A stretch of DNA of 64,000 nt from a virus: the IMG/VR virus record IMGVR_UViG_3300035438_001811, positions 5,633-69,632 of that record; one strand, written 5' to 3'. The translations under genes were made by a program, and so were the position numbers. The notes under the pieces were generated by a model. That model saw only the letters and a list, made by a program, of their open reading frames with translations. It did not search any database and was not told the DNA's origin. Below, piece after piece: positions 61,475 through 64,000 of this stretch (position 1 is its first letter; the number at the start of each line of letters is the position of its first letter).

Positions 61475-61906
61475 TTACTGAACAGGTACAATCCAAGCGG
61501 ATAGGGTCAAGTTTCCTGGGGAGCCAGTCTTGGTGCAAACCAAGCCGATCGCTTCAGCAGTCGCCAATTTAGCAGCAATTTCAGCGCCGCCAAATACGAT
61601 CTCTAGTTCGCCAGCAGCACCAGCTAATTGAGCAGGGAGAATAGTACCGATTACGGTACTAGAGCCGCCTACGGTAGCAGATACGTCAACAGCGATCGTC
61701 CATTCAGCAGTACCAGCGCTGTAGCTGGTGTATGCCTCAATATCAAAGCACACCTTAAAAGCTTCAATTTTGCGGACAGCAAAGGCTAGTCGAGTTGTGG
61801 AAGTAGTAGCAGATAGCGCCGCTGCTTCAGGGGTGCGAAGGGCTAGCGCTGCGTCGTAAGTACCACGAACGCGCCGATCTGCAATAGTTGAAAAAGTTGT
61901 AGCCAT
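61475..61906 (-). CDS. Capsid decoration/cement protein (putative)
   Basis: Directly follows the major capsid gene; beta-sandwich-like composition. Confidence 0.55.
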   Translation of the reverse strand: MATTFSTIADRRVRGTYDAALALRTPEAAALSATTSTTRLAFAVRKIEAFKVCFDIEAYTSYSAGTAEWTIAVDVSATVGGSSTVIGTILPAQLAGAAGELEIVFGGAEIAAKLATAEAIGLVCTKTGSPGNLTLSAWIVPVQ

Positions 61907-61977
61907 TAGGTTTTTACCTGTTTAAAAATACTTGAAAGCATTGTGAATTATTAATCAGGGGATATCCCCTGATTAAA

Positions 61978-62910
61978 TTAAGCGACAGCAGCGCCAGACT
62001 TGATGTAACGCAAACGAGCAGCAGCCTGACCGTCCTTAATGGCGATCGATTGGTAATGCTCAACACGGGTACGAAATACGGGTTTAGTATCTAGCTCACC
62101 TAAATCGCGAATTTGCATACCGCCATTTTGTAAACCATGTACTCCCATAGTGTCAAACGAAACAACGTAGATAGAAGTGGTTTGAGCTGTACCAGAAGCC
62201 GCCGCCTCAGTGAAGGGCAAGATCTGAGATTTAGAGCCATCTTGATCCAAGACGATGATAGGAAGATCGTTATAAAACGCAATTTTACGACCAAAACTAT
62301 CGAGTTCATAAGTGATGTAACCACCCACAGACGTATTACGAGCAGCGCTAGTCAGCACCCGTCGCATGGTCTTATTCATGATGATGTGAGTAGGATTCGT
62401 AACCTCATCAATGGTTGCATCCAAGCGTTCAAGGCTAAGTACATCACCACCAGAAGTAGCGCCATTGTCGATTAACTGAGTACCAGTCAAGCGCTTACGC
62501 AATCCGTCATAGGCTTTAATATTGGTAGCTGTATCGCCTTGGATAAATTCTTTTGTCCACGCCAAAGCCAATGCCCTTACCTTCATCATTTCGTGCTGAG
62601 AGCGAACACCTACGCCCATTGTGTCGATTACAAATTTATCGACATCTAAGTCACCGCCAAGGATGCTTAAAGTCTCAGTTACAGGGTTAACAACACCAAC
62701 GGACTCGTCATACCCTTCGTTTACACCGCGAAAACCGATACCAGGAAGCGCTTCTTCTCTGTTGTAGCTATATGCATTACCTGCGATATCCACAAAGGGA
62801 ATATTTTCGAGGATTCCGCTAGAGCTAGCGAACTGCTCAATAATTGCCGATTCAAATACTTTGCCTTCATTAAGCGCAATCTTTGCGGCTTCTGTAAGGG
62901 TTAATGCCAT
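61978..62910 (-). CDS. Major capsid protein (HK97 fold)
   Basis: IIEQF..SS.IL..IPF..I.GNAY.YNRE..LP...FR.VNEGY, GGD.DVD.F, TSIY.V, RVE.Y...A......AARL. Confidence 0.9.
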   Translation of the reverse strand: MALTLTEAAKIALNEGKVFESAIIEQFASSSGILENIPFVDIAGNAYSYNREEALPGIGFRGVNEGYDESVGVVNPVTETLSILGGDLDVDKFVIDTMGVGVRSQHEMMKVRALALAWTKEFIQGDTATNIKAYDGLRKRLTGTQLIDNGATSGGDVLSLERLDATIDEVTNPTHIIMNKTMRRVLTSAARNTSVGGYITYELDSFGRKIAFYNDLPIIVLDQDGSKSQILPFTEAAASGTAQTTSIYVVSFDTMGVHGLQNGGMQIRDLGELDTKPVFRTRVEHYQSIAIKDGQAAARLRYIKSGAAVA

Positions 62911-63077
62911 CTTTTTTCTCTTTATATCTAATGATTTGCAATACCTTCTGCTGGCATTGCGCCTCACTAAATCAAAGAGATTCATTGCGAAAATCTTCTA
63001 TTAGTACTAAATAACTTTTGCGAACATTGCGATAAGCAAAAGTTATTGAGTCAGTTGATTACTAAAATAGCACAGAT

Positions 63078-63788
63078 TTAAACTTTTGCCAGTTTCCCGT
63101 ACTTATCTTGCAGATATTTATTGAGATATCGCTCTTCATAAATACCTTCAAGCCAATCAGAGAAAATACCAAGCTCACTGCTTGGATAGCAAGCGATCGT
63201 TACAGGATGAGGGCAATGTGGTAGCTGATAGTGCGCTGACTGCGTAGGCTCTGAGTAGCCAATCTCACGGCGGTATTGTGCATAGCGCCGCCCTACGCTC
63301 GAATCTAACAGATCGAACTTATCAATGGGATAACCAGCTTTTTCAACTTCCAGCAAAAGGTGATTGCATTTTTCGATGACACACCATGATCCTTTTGGCT
63401 TTACCAAATTCTTTCGGATGTCTGCACAGCGATCTGAATAATGGGCGATCGCCTTTTTAGGATTAGCGGTGGTTACTCCATACCCACCAGTTTTGCGGAT
63501 ACTTGGTAAAACGTCAGAAAACACCCATTTCTGAAAAGCTTTTGCACTTGGCAACTTAGATCCAAAAATAAGTTGATAAATGCCAGCCTCTTCTAGAACC
63601 GTTACAGACTGCACTCCGCCAGCCGTTGCCATTTTGGCAACCCCTTTGTTTTCTGTATCTACCTTCTTAGAAATAGTAGACTGAGGATCGGCATACCCTA
63701 AAACTTTCGCAACGTCATTGGCTACTGGCTTACCATCAACAAAGCGGATTTCTTGAGAATCGAAGTTAAAAACTGCTAAACTTGTCAT
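63078..63788 (-). CDS. Bro-N domain antirepressor-like protein
   Basis: VANDVAKVLGY, EAGIYQLIFGSKLPSAKAFQKWVF..VLPSIRKTGGY. Confidence 0.9.
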   Translation of the reverse strand: MTSLAVFNFDSQEIRFVDGKPVANDVAKVLGYADPQSTISKKVDTENKGVAKMATAGGVQSVTVLEEAGIYQLIFGSKLPSAKAFQKWVFSDVLPSIRKTGGYGVTTANPKKAIAHYSDRCADIRKNLVKPKGSWCVIEKCNHLLLEVEKAGYPIDKFDLLDSSVGRRYAQYRREIGYSEPTQSAHYQLPHCPHPVTIACYPSSELGIFSDWLEGIYEERYLNKYLQDKYGKLAKV

Positions 63789-63905
63789 ATTGACCTTTGG
63801 CTAAAAGATAAGGTTGATCACGCCTCGGATGTTTCAGCATCGCGGGGTATTTCTATATTATATCGCAAAACGCTTTACAATAAAGGGATTGATTGAGTTT
63901 TTACT

Positions 63906-64000
63906 TTGAATGTAATCGCAAATATAGAGGGTCTTGAAGTAGGGGCGATCGCGCCTAATAGTATCGTCAATGCCGACTGTCTGGAGGCTATGCAGCTTAT
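63906..64000 (+). CDS. 5' fragment of a probable N6/N4 DNA methyltransferase (runs off the window)
   Basis: NSIVNADCLEAMQL matches the typical N-terminal I..GDCLE.M motif. Confidence 0.5.
   Translation, partial: MNVIANIEGLEVGAIAPNSIVNADCLEAMQL

Overview
This window is part of a tailed (siphovirus-like) dsDNA phage or prophage of a cyanobacterium. The host inference rests on the very frequent HIP1 octamer GCGATCGC and cyanobacterial-type CRISPR leader motifs. Structural genes are scattered among accessory modules: capsid and decoration genes at about 59-63 kb (-), head-tail genes at about 3-7 kb (-), and tail tube, G/GT chaperone, tape measure and distal tail genes at about 18.6-36 kb (+). 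Replication genes (initiator with iterons, DnaB) and DNA methyltransferases lie at 51-64 kb. The main finding is a compact, apparently intact TnpB-derived type V (Cas12f/V-U-like) CRISPR system at 25.3-27.9 kb. It has a divergent HTH regulator, a 558-aa RuvC nuclease, and a 7-repeat/6-spacer array. The 3' end of the nuclease ORF overprints an omegaRNA/tracrRNA-like segment and a host-type CRISPR leader, and its stop codon lies inside repeat 1. Other notable items are decayed type IV csf2/csf3-like remnants, a membrane operon with an FtsK/HerA-like ATPase, cell-wall hydrolase and nuclease, a tRNA-like RNA with an enlarged anticodon arm, promoter-headed gene cassettes ending in Zn-finger paralogs, domain-shuffled antirepressors, orphan antitoxins and a 2H-phosphoesterase. 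No integrase, terminase or cas1/cas2 is recognisable in the window. All family calls come from motif recognition by eye, not database searches.
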